The notes below the pieces were generated by a model. The model made no database searches, was not told where the DNA came from, and saw nothing but the letters and a program-made list of their open reading frames with translations. From a virus (taxonomy: Duplodnaviria; Caudoviricetes): a stretch of DNA of 43,855 bases. The stretch is taken from positions 1-43,855 of IMG/VR virus record IMGVR_UViG_3300038530_001619, one strand, 5' to 3'. The position numbers and the translations under genes were made by a program. Positions within the stretch are counted from its first letter, which is position 1. Every line of letters starts with the position of its first letter. Positions 20,699-30,063 of this stretch are shown here, piece after piece.

Positions 20699-21236
20699 GA
20701 GTTAAGGCTATATCATTTGATTTCATACAATAAAGTCGCTCATTATTTACTATAAACTCAAATTCAGAGTTAGGCGTAAACGTAACAAGCGCTCCAGGTT
20801 TTATTTTAATGGCTTCTAAGAAACTATTACTATATTTTAGTATTCCAACATTAGGTTGTTCTTTTCTGTTCCTTAAATAGTCTTTGTTTAATATTGGTTT
20901 TACAAAGCAATAATTTAAATGGCATTTGTCATTATACATATATATTTGCTCAGGATAAGCAAAATACAAGTCATCTTTAAAGTATGTAGATGAATTTTTT
21001 TCTTTACCTTTTAAATCGTAATACCTTCTAAATATGTTATGGTGAACATATAACTCGTCTCCTATATTTATCTTAGTGTTATAGGCTGCAGGAATAGAAA
21101 CTACTAAAGCTTTTTTACTAATAAATCTATGATCTTCAATGCTAGTATTGATAATAAGGTTAGTATCATCAACTCTTCGTATATTGTCATATCTTTCATT
21201 TAGTGGTTTAATAATAAAGCTATATAAACTTTTCAT
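20652..21236 (-). CDS. Tandem GroES-like (co-chaperonin-fold) protein
   Basis: Two halves with GroES-like patterns: FIIKP...ALVVSIP...INIGDELYV and CFVKP...VGILKY...IKPGALVTF...IVNNERLYCMKSNDI. Confidence 0.5.
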   Translation of the reverse strand: MKSLYSFIIKPLNERYDNIRRVDDTNLIINTSIEDHRFISKKALVVSIPAAYNTKINIGDELYVHHNIFRRYYDLKGKEKNSSTYFKDDLYFAYPEQIYMYNDKCHLNYCFVKPILNKDYLRNRKEQPNVGILKYSNSFLEAIKIKPGALVTFTPNSEFEFIVNNERLYCMKSNDIALTHEYEGDEKEYNPSWA

Positions 21237-21460
21237 TAGTAATTTAAATCATATTCTACAGATATAGCCATATTTCTATTAAACTTTTTCCAAGGTAAAA
21301 CCTCCTTGTTTTTCATAATAAAAATATTATATGACTCATCTTTATCTTCAAAAAGTATATCACTTATTATGTGACCACCATAAACTTCTTGTTTTAAAGA
21401 ATAATGCATTGCATCATTTTTGTAATCAGAACCTATACTAATCTTTCTTATTTTTTTCAT
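21236..21460 (-). CDS. Hypothetical protein
   Basis: 74 aa, overlaps both neighbours in the operon. Confidence 0.6.
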   Translation of the reverse strand: MKKIRKISIGSDYKNDAMHYSLKQEVYGGHIISDILFEDKDESYNIFIMKNKEVLPWKKFNRNMAISVEYDLNY

Positions 21461-21680
21461 CTTTTATTTCAGTATAGCTTCCGTCACTTAAATTTATTTC
21501 TACATGACCATATTCTTTTTCTAACTCTTTTTTAAAATCTTCTATTTCCGTGTTTATAGAAGCTATATCATGTAATAGTCCATGTTTTTGCGTTTCTAAA
21601 ATACCAATATCACTTATTACTTTTTGTAATTTTTCATGCTGGCTTTTAGCTATTTCTAAATGTTCTTCTTTAATTTTCAT
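21438..21680 (-). CDS. Small coiled-coil protein
   Basis: 80 aa with a heptad pattern, ending LEKEYGHVEINLSDGSY. Confidence 0.6.
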   Translation of the reverse strand: MKIKEEHLEIAKSQHEKLQKVISDIGILETQKHGLLHDIASINTEIEDFKKELEKEYGHVEINLSDGSYTEIKDEKNKKD

Positions 21681-21705
21681 TTAATTTAATTTAATTATAT
21701 TTATT

Positions 21706-21918
21706 TTACTCTGGTGGCGTCTCTGGTGTTATGCCATGTTTTGCTAACTCAGCTATCCACTCATCTTCGTCTATAGTTTCATCAATAAACCATTTAGACA
21801 AGAGCTTTTCGTTAGGATCTACAAATCCATAACCTTTAACTACTTGCTTCATTGAGTTTTCATAAGCTATCCAATAAGTTCTAATAGCAGGGTTATCTAT
21901 AGGAATATTACCACTCAT
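21706..21918 (-). CDS. Fibre-associated small protein, paralogue 3
   Basis: YWIAYE...GYGFV...IDEDEWIAELAKHGITPETPPE is shared with its two neighbours. Confidence 0.65.
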   Translation of the reverse strand: MSGNIPIDNPAIRTYWIAYENSMKQVVKGYGFVDPNEKLLSKWFIDETIDEDEWIAELAKHGITPETPPE

Positions 21919-21933
21919 AATACTTTTTTACAT

Positions 21934-22152
21934 TTATTCTTCTTCTTCTTCTGGATCTGGATCAATACCATGTTGCAATAAAACACTTTTCCATACAGTT
22001 TCGTCTATATAACTAGTTAAGTGCTGTATAGTATCTAATCTTTCTTTAGTTTCAACAAAACCATATCCTTGAACAGTTGTTTCAGTGTCGTCTTCCCAAG
22101 TAATCCAATACAAAGGAGGGTTAGGAAATATTATGCTATTAATTTCTGCCAT
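21934..22152 (-). CDS. Fibre-associated small protein, paralogue 2
   Basis: YWITWE...GYGFV...YIDETVWKSVLLQHGIDPDP. Confidence 0.65.
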   Translation of the reverse strand: MAEINSIIFPNPPLYWITWEDDTETTVQGYGFVETKERLDTIQHLTSYIDETVWKSVLLQHGIDPDPEEEEE

Positions 22153-22159
22153 TTTTATT

Positions 22160-22360
22160 TTATTCAGGTGGTGTGTCAGGTGTAATACCTAGTTCTGCTA
22201 ATCTTGCTATCCATTCTGCTTCATTGTAATATAATGGATCTTGGAACTGTTGGCCGCTAAGTATTGATCCGCCAACAGGGCTTCCTCCATAATGTATAAT
22301 AGATTTATCTGCGTTATAACTTATAAACCACGTTTGTTGAGTTAATTTTACTAATATCAT
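22160..22360 (-). CDS. Fibre-associated small protein, paralogue 1
   Basis: WFISYN...HYG...YYNEAEWIARLAELGITPDTPPE. Confidence 0.65.
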   Translation of the reverse strand: MILVKLTQQTWFISYNADKSIIHYGGSPVGGSILSGQQFQDPLYYNEAEWIARLAELGITPDTPPE

Positions 22361-22370
22361 ATTTTAATTT

Positions 22371-25300
22371 TTATGAAATTATACTTGTAAACAACGTCCA
22401 GCCTAAACTTGAGTCTACTACTGTTATTCCACCAGTCCAAGAAGTTGAGCTTTCAGGACCATTTCCTTGAGTTCCACCTGTTCCTTCATATTGAGAAACT
22501 CCACTATTTAAAACTTCCCACATTGATTCTGTTGCATTCCATTCTATTGTTTTGGTAGTGTCACCATCTTTAACCCATTTTTGAGTAGTATAATTATAAC
22601 CATAAACTCCGTTAAAAGCTGAAGAACCTCCTGAAATAGTAACATCAGCACTTAAAAAAGATATTGCTCTTCCAGCATTTTGAAATCCAGTGCCGCTATA
22701 TGTCCTAGTTGTATCAACAGTTCTATAACCTGTAGAATTAGAAGTAAAATTAGCACCTATAGGAGTTTTAGGGCTTCTAGCATTTGCAGCGTTAGCATTT
22801 AATACTAAAAAATCTGTCCAGTTATTTGTTGTCCAAGCAGAATGGTTATTCATATATTTCCAATTTTGGTTGGAAACGGTGTGCCCAATAAGAAAAGGTG
22901 ATGGGTTAAACGCTGTATTACCCCAAGCCCAGAAATATTGATTATTAGCAGCAGCCATATCCCAGCCTGCAATATCAGGATTTGAACTACCTCCATTAAA
23001 CATGTTATTTGATGTAGCTACATTACTAACATCCCAATTAGTTAAATCGCCAGTAAAAACAGTATTTTGAAACATATAAGCCATGTTAGTTACATTACTA
23101 ACATCCCAATTACTAATATTTCCATTAAATTGTGAACTTTGAAACATATAACCTGTGTAAGTAGCACTACTCATATCCCAAGAAGTAAGATCAGCATTAC
23201 CCATAGTACCAGTACCATTAAATGCAGCATAAAAGTTTGTTACACCTGATAAAATAGGAGCGTCCGTAGCAGATAAAGTATTTAAATTACTACATCCATG
23301 TAATAATTGTCGGAAACGAGTAAAAGGAGTATTACCCCAAGCAGGAATATCTATTAAAAGTGTTTTACTACCGCCTTGACCAAAATCAAAACCTGTCATA
23401 GGACTAGCATCACCTTGGGCATTAATACTTACTGTTGGATTTGTTACATTAGTGTTAGTACCATCATTATAAGTGTGTGATACTGTTCTATTATTTGAAC
23501 CTGCGCTTGTTTCTGTAAAACCGTCACCCCAGTCAATTGTAAAACTAGTACCTTGTACGTAAGGTATTTCTATTGTAGTTTGAGTGTTTGAAGCAACTGT
23601 AAACTGTAATTGCATAGGAACAACAGGCGGTATATAAGCACCTCCATCAGTTATAGTCCAACCTGCACTTATTAAAGCTATTTTACCTCTAGCAGCATTA
23701 GAATTTTCTACTCTATAATTAATACCACTGCTTCCCCATATTGATTGATCAGTAACAACTGTGTAAGTACCAAATGATAATACTTTTGCGTATTGGTTAG
23801 TGTCTTTATTATATAATATATCTCCTACAGCTATATTTCCAGCGTTACCTTCATTAGTAAAGTTTTTAGTACTATCATATATAGTAGTAGAAGTTCCAGT
23901 ATTATTTGTTGTGCCTTCAATTGAAATACCTGGAGTGTATTTACTAGTTCCAAAGCTTACTGTAATACCAGATTGAACACTAGCAGCTTGTGATCCCCAG
24001 CCGTTAGTTACATCTAGTAATGAATCATAATTACTTGTAGAAAATTCAACATTACTTTCTAGCCAATCTCCAAAATTAGAAGTTATGCCAGTAATATCCC
24101 AATGACCAAGGTCTTGATCTATATTGTTTGTTAAAGGAGAAGAGCCATTAAACATATTAGCGCAAGTAGTTGTATTACTTGTAACTTGCCAACTAGATAA
24201 ATTCCAATTTATACCTATCTGAGATCTTGCAGTAACTCCTATATTCCAACCGTTAAAACTACTAACTCTAGAAACATCCCAAGCCGTATATTGCGTGCCG
24301 TAAGGTGAGTTAGCTGCTGATATAGTTTTTGTAGCAAAAGCGTCGGCATTTGTTATTTGTGATAAACCATTGTAGTAAAATATTTGGTCAAAAGTTATAT
24401 TATCGTTTACATCAGAGCTCAACTTCCAGTTAGTTGGAAAACCAGCATCAGTAAGTTGACCTGGACCACCGCCTGCTCCATAACCAGTAAACATACTACT
24501 AAAGTTCACGCAATTATTAACATCCCAAGCTATAAACTCATCAGCTGTACCAGCATTTACAATTTTAGTTTTATAATTTGCTTTTTGAGCTTCAAATGGG
24601 CCTCTAGCAAAATTACTTAAATCAGTAACAAGTGAAGTATTTAAATTTTCTATTCCACTTATGCTTCCAGCGCTAGTATTGTAAAACATCGCTGACATAT
24701 TAGTCGCTGAAGAAGTTTTCCAATTACTTATATTTATTGTACTAAAACTAGCAACAGCGTTGTATTTAGCACCTTTAAACATACCTGAAAAATTCTGTAC
24801 ATTACTAACATCCCAATTAGCTAAATTTAAAGGAGTACTAGAACTTTGATTTCTAGCAAACATAAGTTCCATGCTAGTAATATTTGAAACATCCCAACCT
24901 GCAAAACTACCATTAGGATCTGATAGTCTATGAAAACCTCCACCATTACCTGTAGTTGAAAACATAAGTTTAAGACTAGTAACTTGAGATAAATCAGGGT
25001 AATCATCACTAGCAGCAGTAACATCTATATACATTTGTTTATTCATGTAAGCAGAAAACCAACCATCATTGCCAGTTCCAGAAACTATTGGATCTTTCCA
25101 TTGTATATCACCCCATTGAGTAATATCAATATTATATGACGTACCACCTTGAGATCCTGAACCAGGTAAAGGAGTATAAAAACTACCAGTAAAGTTTTCA
25201 AATTTAGAGCCATTTGGTGAATCAAATATTTTTATATCGTAATCTCCAGCAGAAGAATATGTATGTGTAGTTGTTCCAGTCAAAACTTGAGTGCTATTAT

Positions 25301-27419
25301 CACCCCAGTCAACAAAACATTCACCTGCTGACATTTGAGGTTTTAGTTGCATATCAAGATAATTGACACCATTTACTAATCCAGGTATTGTAGTTCTCAT
25401 TACAAACGGAACTTGTATCAACATATTAACTTCATTGTAACATCCATCAGGATATGTACATCTAATTGTAGAACTACCTCTAAATGAACCTATTGTTATA
25501 ACGCCACTAGCACTTATGTTAAGGCCATTAGTTGCTGTAAATACAGAACCTGCCGGAGGCGTTGTAGTAGGTGAAATAGTTGTTGTGCCTGTTGGATCTA
25601 CTGCGTAATTTGCATAAGCAAATGGTAAAGTAGCGTCTGGAGTAGCTAGAGTTATATTCCAGCCTTTTGTATTAGTAAAATAATCAACATCAGATCTAAC
25701 TAAAGAAGGTGCCTCAGTTACTTTACATGAATAAAAGTTTGCAGTTATGTTACTATTGTTATTAGTAGCTCTTAATCTTCTGAAGAAATTATCAACTTGA
25801 CAAGGAGATAATACTTGACCTGCAAAAGCAACCCAATTACCAAAATTAGTTAAAGAGCTAAAATCTGCATTTGTTGGAAACGTTGCATTAGTAAATGGCG
25901 TTGCTGCAGTGGCGTGATTGATAGCGTAAAACATACCGTTAATACTTGTCAGATCTGACATATTAACATTGCTTCCTATATTTACTTCAGTAAGTCCATG
26001 TGCAAAGTAAAAGGTAGTTGTAAAATTAGCTGGTTTTACAGTAGGATTAAAGTTGAAAATAGAGTTACTACCCGTACCTGTAGTGTCAAACTGATAAAAA
26101 GTATGTTCAAAAGATACTGTATTTGTGCTAGAAAAAGTAACATTAGAAAAGTCAGGAATATCTGTTACTTTAATTTGTCGCATAAATTCTTTAAGACCAA
26201 AAGTACTAGATGAAGTTAAATTTGAAAAATCAAGACCATTTAAATTTGGAGATGGTCCTCGTTCAGAATCTTGCAAACTTGAACTAAGTAGATAAAACGC
26301 TTCGTGAGCGTAAGTAGGCGTAAGGCTAGCCATAAACGCATTAGAAAAATTATCATTAGGATTAATTCTCATTAAAGTAGCGCCTCTAAACATCCTATAT
26401 ATAGTTGCATTACCAGCGCAAGCTCCCCAAGTGCTAAGACCTTCTAGTTCATATACATTACAATTATTAAATGCACTTGAAAAATTATTTACTACAGAAA
26501 CACCCCAGTTAGAAAGTTTTATTTTAGATCCGTTTTGTGATGTTAAGCTACTATTAATATTGCTAAAACTTGGAAATATTTCGTTAGGCCAAGCCCAGTT
26601 AGATAAATCTAAAGTTCCGTTTACTATTGAATTATTGAACATTTCATCACCTCTAAAACTATTTAAGGCACTATCAAATGTCCAATTAGAAAGATTTGAT
26701 CCGTCTTTAAACTTACTTAATTTAAACCAGTACATACCAGCACTGTTAACAGTACTTCCAGTAAAGTCTAAACCAGACATTTTAAATTCGCAGCCATTAG
26801 TAGTAGCACTACCTACATCGTGGAAAGCATAACTAGAGCTTCCAGTAGTAGCAAATTTAGATCCTGTTAAATTTAATAATTCTAAATTAGTACAACCTTC
26901 AAATAAATAAAGCATACTACAGCCAGATGACAAATCCCAATTTTCACACAAAGCGTCAGTAAGTCCTGTACAATTAATAAATAAACTAGTTAAATTACAA
27001 TTAGCTCCACCAATTAATTTAGTGTTTTCAATATTAGTTAAATTAGTACACGCGTTAAAACCATTTGATAAATCTCTCCAAGGTCTTTCACCCCAAGATA
27101 TAACTTTCTTTACTTTGTCTTTGCCACCCGTAACTGCAAACTCATCACAATAACCACTATCTAATTTATTATTTATAGCAACAATACCAGCTGTAGCGTC
27201 AGGTGCTGTTATAGAAGAGTTATTACCTGAATAGCTTTGACTACTTCCGTTAGGCCATTTTACAGTAAAGCTTCCACCGCCAGCAGCAGCATCAGCTTTA
27301 AAAGTAACTTGTCCGTCTACTTCAAATTGAAACTCATAAGCTCCTGTAGCAAAACCTGGTCTACCTGGCCCTGGTTTATTTGATAAATCGGGGATTGGCA
27401 TCCCCAGTCCCATAAACAT
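22371..27419 (-). CDS. Giant fibre/adhesin with BspA-like (DUF285) leucine-rich repeats and PKD-like domains; probable head fibre
   Basis: Many WDVSNVTNMxxMF-type repeats, VDWGDN/IDWGDG...HTY PKD signatures and an N-terminal MGLGMPI anchor-like motif. Confidence 0.75.
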   Translation of the reverse strand: MFMGLGMPIPDLSNKPGPGRPGFATGAYEFQFEVDGQVTFKADAAAGGGSFTVKWPNGSSQSYSGNNSSITAPDATAGIVAINNKLDSGYCDEFAVTGGKDKVKKVISWGERPWRDLSNGFNACTNLTNIENTKLIGGANCNLTSLFINCTGLTDALCENWDLSSGCSMLYLFEGCTNLELLNLTGSKFATTGSSSYAFHDVGSATTNGCEFKMSGLDFTGSTVNSAGMYWFKLSKFKDGSNLSNWTFDSALNSFRGDEMFNNSIVNGTLDLSNWAWPNEIFPSFSNINSSLTSQNGSKIKLSNWGVSVVNNFSSAFNNCNVYELEGLSTWGACAGNATIYRMFRGATLMRINPNDNFSNAFMASLTPTYAHEAFYLLSSSLQDSERGPSPNLNGLDFSNLTSSSTFGLKEFMRQIKVTDIPDFSNVTFSSTNTVSFEHTFYQFDTTGTGSNSIFNFNPTVKPANFTTTFYFAHGLTEVNIGSNVNMSDLTSINGMFYAINHATAATPFTNATFPTNADFSSLTNFGNWVAFAGQVLSPCQVDNFFRRLRATNNNSNITANFYSCKVTEAPSLVRSDVDYFTNTKGWNITLATPDATLPFAYANYAVDPTGTTTISPTTTPPAGSVFTATNGLNISASGVITIGSFRGSSTIRCTYPDGCYNEVNMLIQVPFVMRTTIPGLVNGVNYLDMQLKPQMSAGECFVDWGDNSTQVLTGTTTHTYSSAGDYDIKIFDSPNGSKFENFTGSFYTPLPGSGSQGGTSYNIDITQWGDIQWKDPIVSGTGNDGWFSAYMNKQMYIDVTAASDDYPDLSQVTSLKLMFSTTGNGGGFHRLSDPNGSFAGWDVSNITSMELMFARNQSSSTPLNLANWDVSNVQNFSGMFKGAKYNAVASFSTINISNWKTSSATNMSAMFYNTSAGSISGIENLNTSLVTDLSNFARGPFEAQKANYKTKIVNAGTADEFIAWDVNNCVNFSSMFTGYGAGGGPGQLTDAGFPTNWKLSSDVNDNITFDQIFYYNGLSQITNADAFATKTISAANSPYGTQYTAWDVSRVSSFNGWNIGVTARSQIGINWNLSSWQVTSNTTTCANMFNGSSPLTNNIDQDLGHWDITGITSNFGDWLESNVEFSTSNYDSLLDVTNGWGSQAASVQSGITVSFGTSKYTPGISIEGTTNNTGTSTTIYDSTKNFTNEGNAGNIAVGDILYNKDTNQYAKVLSFGTYTVVTDQSIWGSSGINYRVENSNAARGKIALISAGWTITDGGAYIPPVVPMQLQFTVASNTQTTIEIPYVQGTSFTIDWGDGFTETSAGSNNRTVSHTYNDGTNTNVTNPTVSINAQGDASPMTGFDFGQGGSKTLLIDIPAWGNTPFTRFRQLLHGCSNLNTLSATDAPILSGVTNFYAAFNGTGTMGNADLTSWDMSSATYTGYMFQSSQFNGNISNWDVSNVTNMAYMFQNTVFTGDLTNWDVSNVATSNNMFNGGSSNPDIAGWDMAAANNQYFWAWGNTAFNPSPFLIGHTVSNQNWKYMNNHSAWTTNNWTDFLVLNANAANARSPKTPIGANFTSNSTGYRTVDTTRTYSGTGFQNAGRAISFLSADVTISGGSSAFNGVYGYNYTTQKWVKDGDTTKTIEWNATESMWEVLNSGVSQYEGTGGTQGNGPESSTSWTGGITVVDSSLGWTLFTSIIS

Positions 27420-27425
27420 AATATC

Positions 27426-27725
27426 TTAATATAATGCTATTATTTCTCCTCCACCTGCAGCTAATGTAACGCTAGTAGCAGTAACGTGTGTAACTAATAC
27501 TGGTAAAAATGATCCAGCAGTAACTCCTTTAAATAATACTGTACTACCGCCTTCTAAAGTTACTGTAACATCCATAGATGTACCAATATATAAAGCTACT
27601 CCTATAGTACTAGTGTTGGGTATTCTATCACCTAAAGTATAAGCGCTAGGTTTTAAATCTAAAGCATCATGAGCAAAAACTCTTGGTTGTGCATTTTGAT
27701 TGCCTTCTAATCCTCTTATTGCCAT
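27426..27725 (-). CDS. Head-spike base protein (RcGTA Rcc01079-like)
   Basis: ALYIGTSMDVTVTLEGGSTVLFKGVTAGSFLPVLVTHVTAT...IIALY matches the pattern I recall for that family; directly upstream of the fibre. Confidence 0.6.
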   Translation of the reverse strand: MAIRGLEGNQNAQPRVFAHDALDLKPSAYTLGDRIPNTSTIGVALYIGTSMDVTVTLEGGSTVLFKGVTAGSFLPVLVTHVTATSVTLAAGGGEIIALY

Positions 27726-27730
27726 TTTGT

Positions 27731-28180
27731 TTATTTATTTATTTTTGTAATTTTTTCTGCGCCTCTAGATCCAAAGTACGCAACATATACTGTAACTAGT
27801 AATGTTTTTAATAAGTTTATCCATGCGTCATCTACATCAAACTGCATGTGAAAAGAGTCAACAGCCATCATAAATACAGATGATGCTGTTAAAAAAACTA
27901 ATGCTAAAGGTCTAGTGTTTTTACTTAACCAAGAGTCTGATTTCATATCTGCTCTCCATCTACTTGAAACTTCTTTTAATTCTTGTAAATCTTGCTCAAT
28001 AAGTTTCATTGCTGTCTCTTTGTCAGCAGGAGGTATATCATCATCTTTTGTGATAATATTTTTAACTATACCTAACGTTCCTTGATCTGGTAATATTTCG
28101 CCAATAGCATCTAAAACTTTAGGCGCTTTACTAGCTAGAAAAGCACCTACTTTAGTTTCTCTTAGTTTCTTTTTTGACAT
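27731..28180 (-). CDS. Holin (3TM/GTA-holin-like)
   Basis: RWRADMKSDSWLSKNTRP, two transmembrane segments and YFGSRGAEK. Confidence 0.7.
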   Translation of the reverse strand: MSKKKLRETKVGAFLASKAPKVLDAIGEILPDQGTLGIVKNIITKDDDIPPADKETAMKLIEQDLQELKEVSSRWRADMKSDSWLSKNTRPLALVFLTASSVFMMAVDSFHMQFDVDDAWINLLKTLLVTVYVAYFGSRGAEKITKINK

Positions 28181-28184
28181 ATTA

Positions 28185-28787
28185 TTATCTAGTCTTTTTA
28201 AATTTAGTAATCTTACTTCTCTTGCCTTCAGTTTTTCTTATACATTTACCACCTTTTTTCAATAAACCTCTTTTACAAACTGTTTGAATATCTCTTACTA
28301 CTTTTTTAGCTTTTCTAACGCCACTTCCATCAAATGTTTTTTGTTTTTTCTTTTTTTCAACAGTAATACTTGTTTCTGGTTTTTTAGTAGTTTCTATTGT
28401 TCTAAGCTCTGGTTGAGATGATGTAGTTATTTTAGCTTCTCTAGTAGGTATTTGCTCAACTACTTTTACATCTTTTTTAGTATAAGACTTTTTATAATCT
28501 TTAGCAGCTTTAACAAAACCTTCTAGTGTAGGATATTTAGCTTTATCTGCTTTTTTATACGCATCTTCAAATCTAATACCACTACCGCCACCTGATCCTC
28601 CAGATCTAGTAGTTGTAATAGTAAGACGTTTCATACCAGTTTCAGGATTAATATCTGTTTTAGATTCTCTAGTTACTTTTTCTTTACCACGCTCTTCTTC
28701 ACCTTCAGTAACGGTAGGTCCTAATAATGCTGTTACATTTTTAAAAGTTGCTGATGGGCCTCTACCCGGTTCTTGTTTATATGCCAT
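28185..28787 (-). CDS. Lys-rich basic protein (putative virion core protein)
   Basis: 200 aa with a strongly basic C-terminus and a GPSA motif near the N-terminus. Confidence 0.5.
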   Translation of the reverse strand: MAYKQEPGRGPSATFKNVTALLGPTVTEGEEERGKEKVTRESKTDINPETGMKRLTITTTRSGGSGGGSGIRFEDAYKKADKAKYPTLEGFVKAAKDYKKSYTKKDVKVVEQIPTREAKITTSSQPELRTIETTKKPETSITVEKKKKQKTFDGSGVRKAKKVVRDIQTVCKRGLLKKGGKCIRKTEGKRSKITKFKKTR

Positions 28788-29161
28788 TATTTCTTCTTTT
28801 TAACTTTCATTGGTTTAGGGCCTTTACCTTTTCTACCTTTGTTTTCGTTATCGTCTTTCTTTTTAACTTTACTTCCATCAGCATTTAATACGCCAATGTT
28901 TACTAGAAAATCTTTTTTAGTATATTTACCGTCACCTGTTACATCTTCTGCAGTAGGTCCTTTACCTTTACCTTTTACACTACAGCCAAAGTTCTTAGCA
29001 TAATTAGCCATTTTAACAACGGCAGGCTTATATTTCTTTTTATTTTTCATTACAGCATCTGCTCCAGCGCAAGTAGACTTACCAGGCATATTCTTTTTTA
29101 CCCATTTAGTAAACTTGCCTTTATTTTTTGGATCAATACTTATATCATCTTTTTTAGGCAT
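28787..29161 (-). CDS. Lys-rich basic protein with an EF-hand/dockerin-like loop
   Basis: ISIDPKNKGKFT...KMANYAKNF domain, then GPTA and DVTGDGKYTKKD. Confidence 0.55.
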   Translation of the reverse strand: MPKKDDISIDPKNKGKFTKWVKKNMPGKSTCAGADAVMKNKKKYKPAVVKMANYAKNFGCSVKGKGKGPTAEDVTGDGKYTKKDFLVNIGVLNADGSKVKKKDDNENKGRKGKGPKPMKVKKKK

Positions 29162-29164
29162 AAC

Positions 29165-29317
29165 TTATCGTTTATTCATATTATATGGAAAGTTTCTATT
29201 AAACCACTCTTTACGTTGGTCACATCCGCAGCCACCCGGTATTTTATCGGCTAATTTTTTTATACCAGTAGCTTTAGTAAATTTTTCTATCGTATCGCCT
29301 AAACCTCTTGATTTCAT
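29165..29317 (-). CDS. Small CxC-motif phage protein (50 aa)
   Basis: Not in the track. MKSRGLGDTIEKFTKATGIKKLADKIPGGCGCDQRKEWFNRNFPYNMNKR; ATGA overlap with the endolysin stop. Confidence 0.7.
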   Translation of the reverse strand: MKSRGLGDTIEKFTKATGIKKLADKIPGGCGCDQRKEWFNRNFPYNMNKR

Positions 29318-29727
29318 AATTCTTTATATTCTTCAGTTGCATCAAAGCTTGGACAAGCTTTATTGGCAAACTCGTTGTGTGAATATATACTAGCTTGAGG
29401 GTACATTGCTTTTAATGTTCTAAGTACCGCAAGTAAGCTTTGTTTTTGTGTTTCTGTTCTAGTATCTTTCGGGGTCTTGCCATCTTCTTCTACACCTCCA
29501 CAATAACATATACCGATAGAGTTTCGGTTGTGTCCTGAACAATGAGCCCCGATTTTAGCTATATCTCTACCTTTTTTTATATCTCCATTTATATCAATAT
29601 AGAAATGATAGCCTATGTCTGACCAGCCACGACCTTCAACGTGCCACTTTCTTATAGTATCAACACTTATATCTTGGCCTTCTCTAGTAGCTGAGCAGTG
29701 AATAATTATTTCTTTAATATTTCTCAT
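29314..29727 (-). CDS. Endolysin, N-acetylmuramoyl-L-alanine amidase (T7 lysozyme-like, Amidase_2)
   Basis: Zinc-amidase motifs IIIHCSAT, GWSDIGYHF, IGAHCSGHN.NSIGICY.GG and H...KACPSFD. Confidence 0.92.
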   Translation of the reverse strand: MRNIKEIIIHCSATREGQDISVDTIRKWHVEGRGWSDIGYHFYIDINGDIKKGRDIAKIGAHCSGHNRNSIGICYCGGVEEDGKTPKDTRTETQKQSLLAVLRTLKAMYPQASIYSHNEFANKACPSFDATEEYKEL

Positions 29728-29885
29728 TTGTTATTTTGTTTCATTAACCACCATTTATGAGCTGTGTAGCCTAATGTAGTTAATAACAATAGTACAGATA
29801 AAACAGGTTCTAGCCATCCTAGACTAACAACTGTAGCTGAAGTTATATTTAAACAATACAGCTTTAAATCTTCTATTGAATTCAT
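29724..29885 (-). CDS. Small membrane protein (53 aa), holin/antiholin-like
   Basis: Not in the track. MNSIEDLKLYCLNITSATVVSLGWLEPVLSVLLLLTTLGYTAHKWWLMKQNNK; overlaps the endolysin start. Confidence 0.6.
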   Translation of the reverse strand: MNSIEDLKLYCLNITSATVVSLGWLEPVLSVLLLLTTLGYTAHKWWLMKQNNK

Positions 29886-30046
29886 CTTTGAGCTAGTAAA
29901 TTTGGGTTACCTTTATATGGAACTGGATCTATAGTTAATCCTACTTCGATACTATCATCTCTAGACTCCATTTCTCTTTTACCAACTGGCATACATCTTT
30001 TTGGCGTAGGTAATTTAACGCCTGAACCTGTTACTCCTTTTCTCAT
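29882..30046 (-). CDS. Hypothetical protein (54 aa)
   Basis: Not in the track. MRKGVTGSGVKLPTPKRC...GNPNLLAQR; ATGA overlap with the next gene. Confidence 0.55.
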   Translation of the reverse strand: MRKGVTGSGVKLPTPKRCMPVGKREMESRDDSIEVGLTIDPVPYKGNPNLLAQR

Positions 30047-30063
30047 TTTTTTATTTTTAAGTT

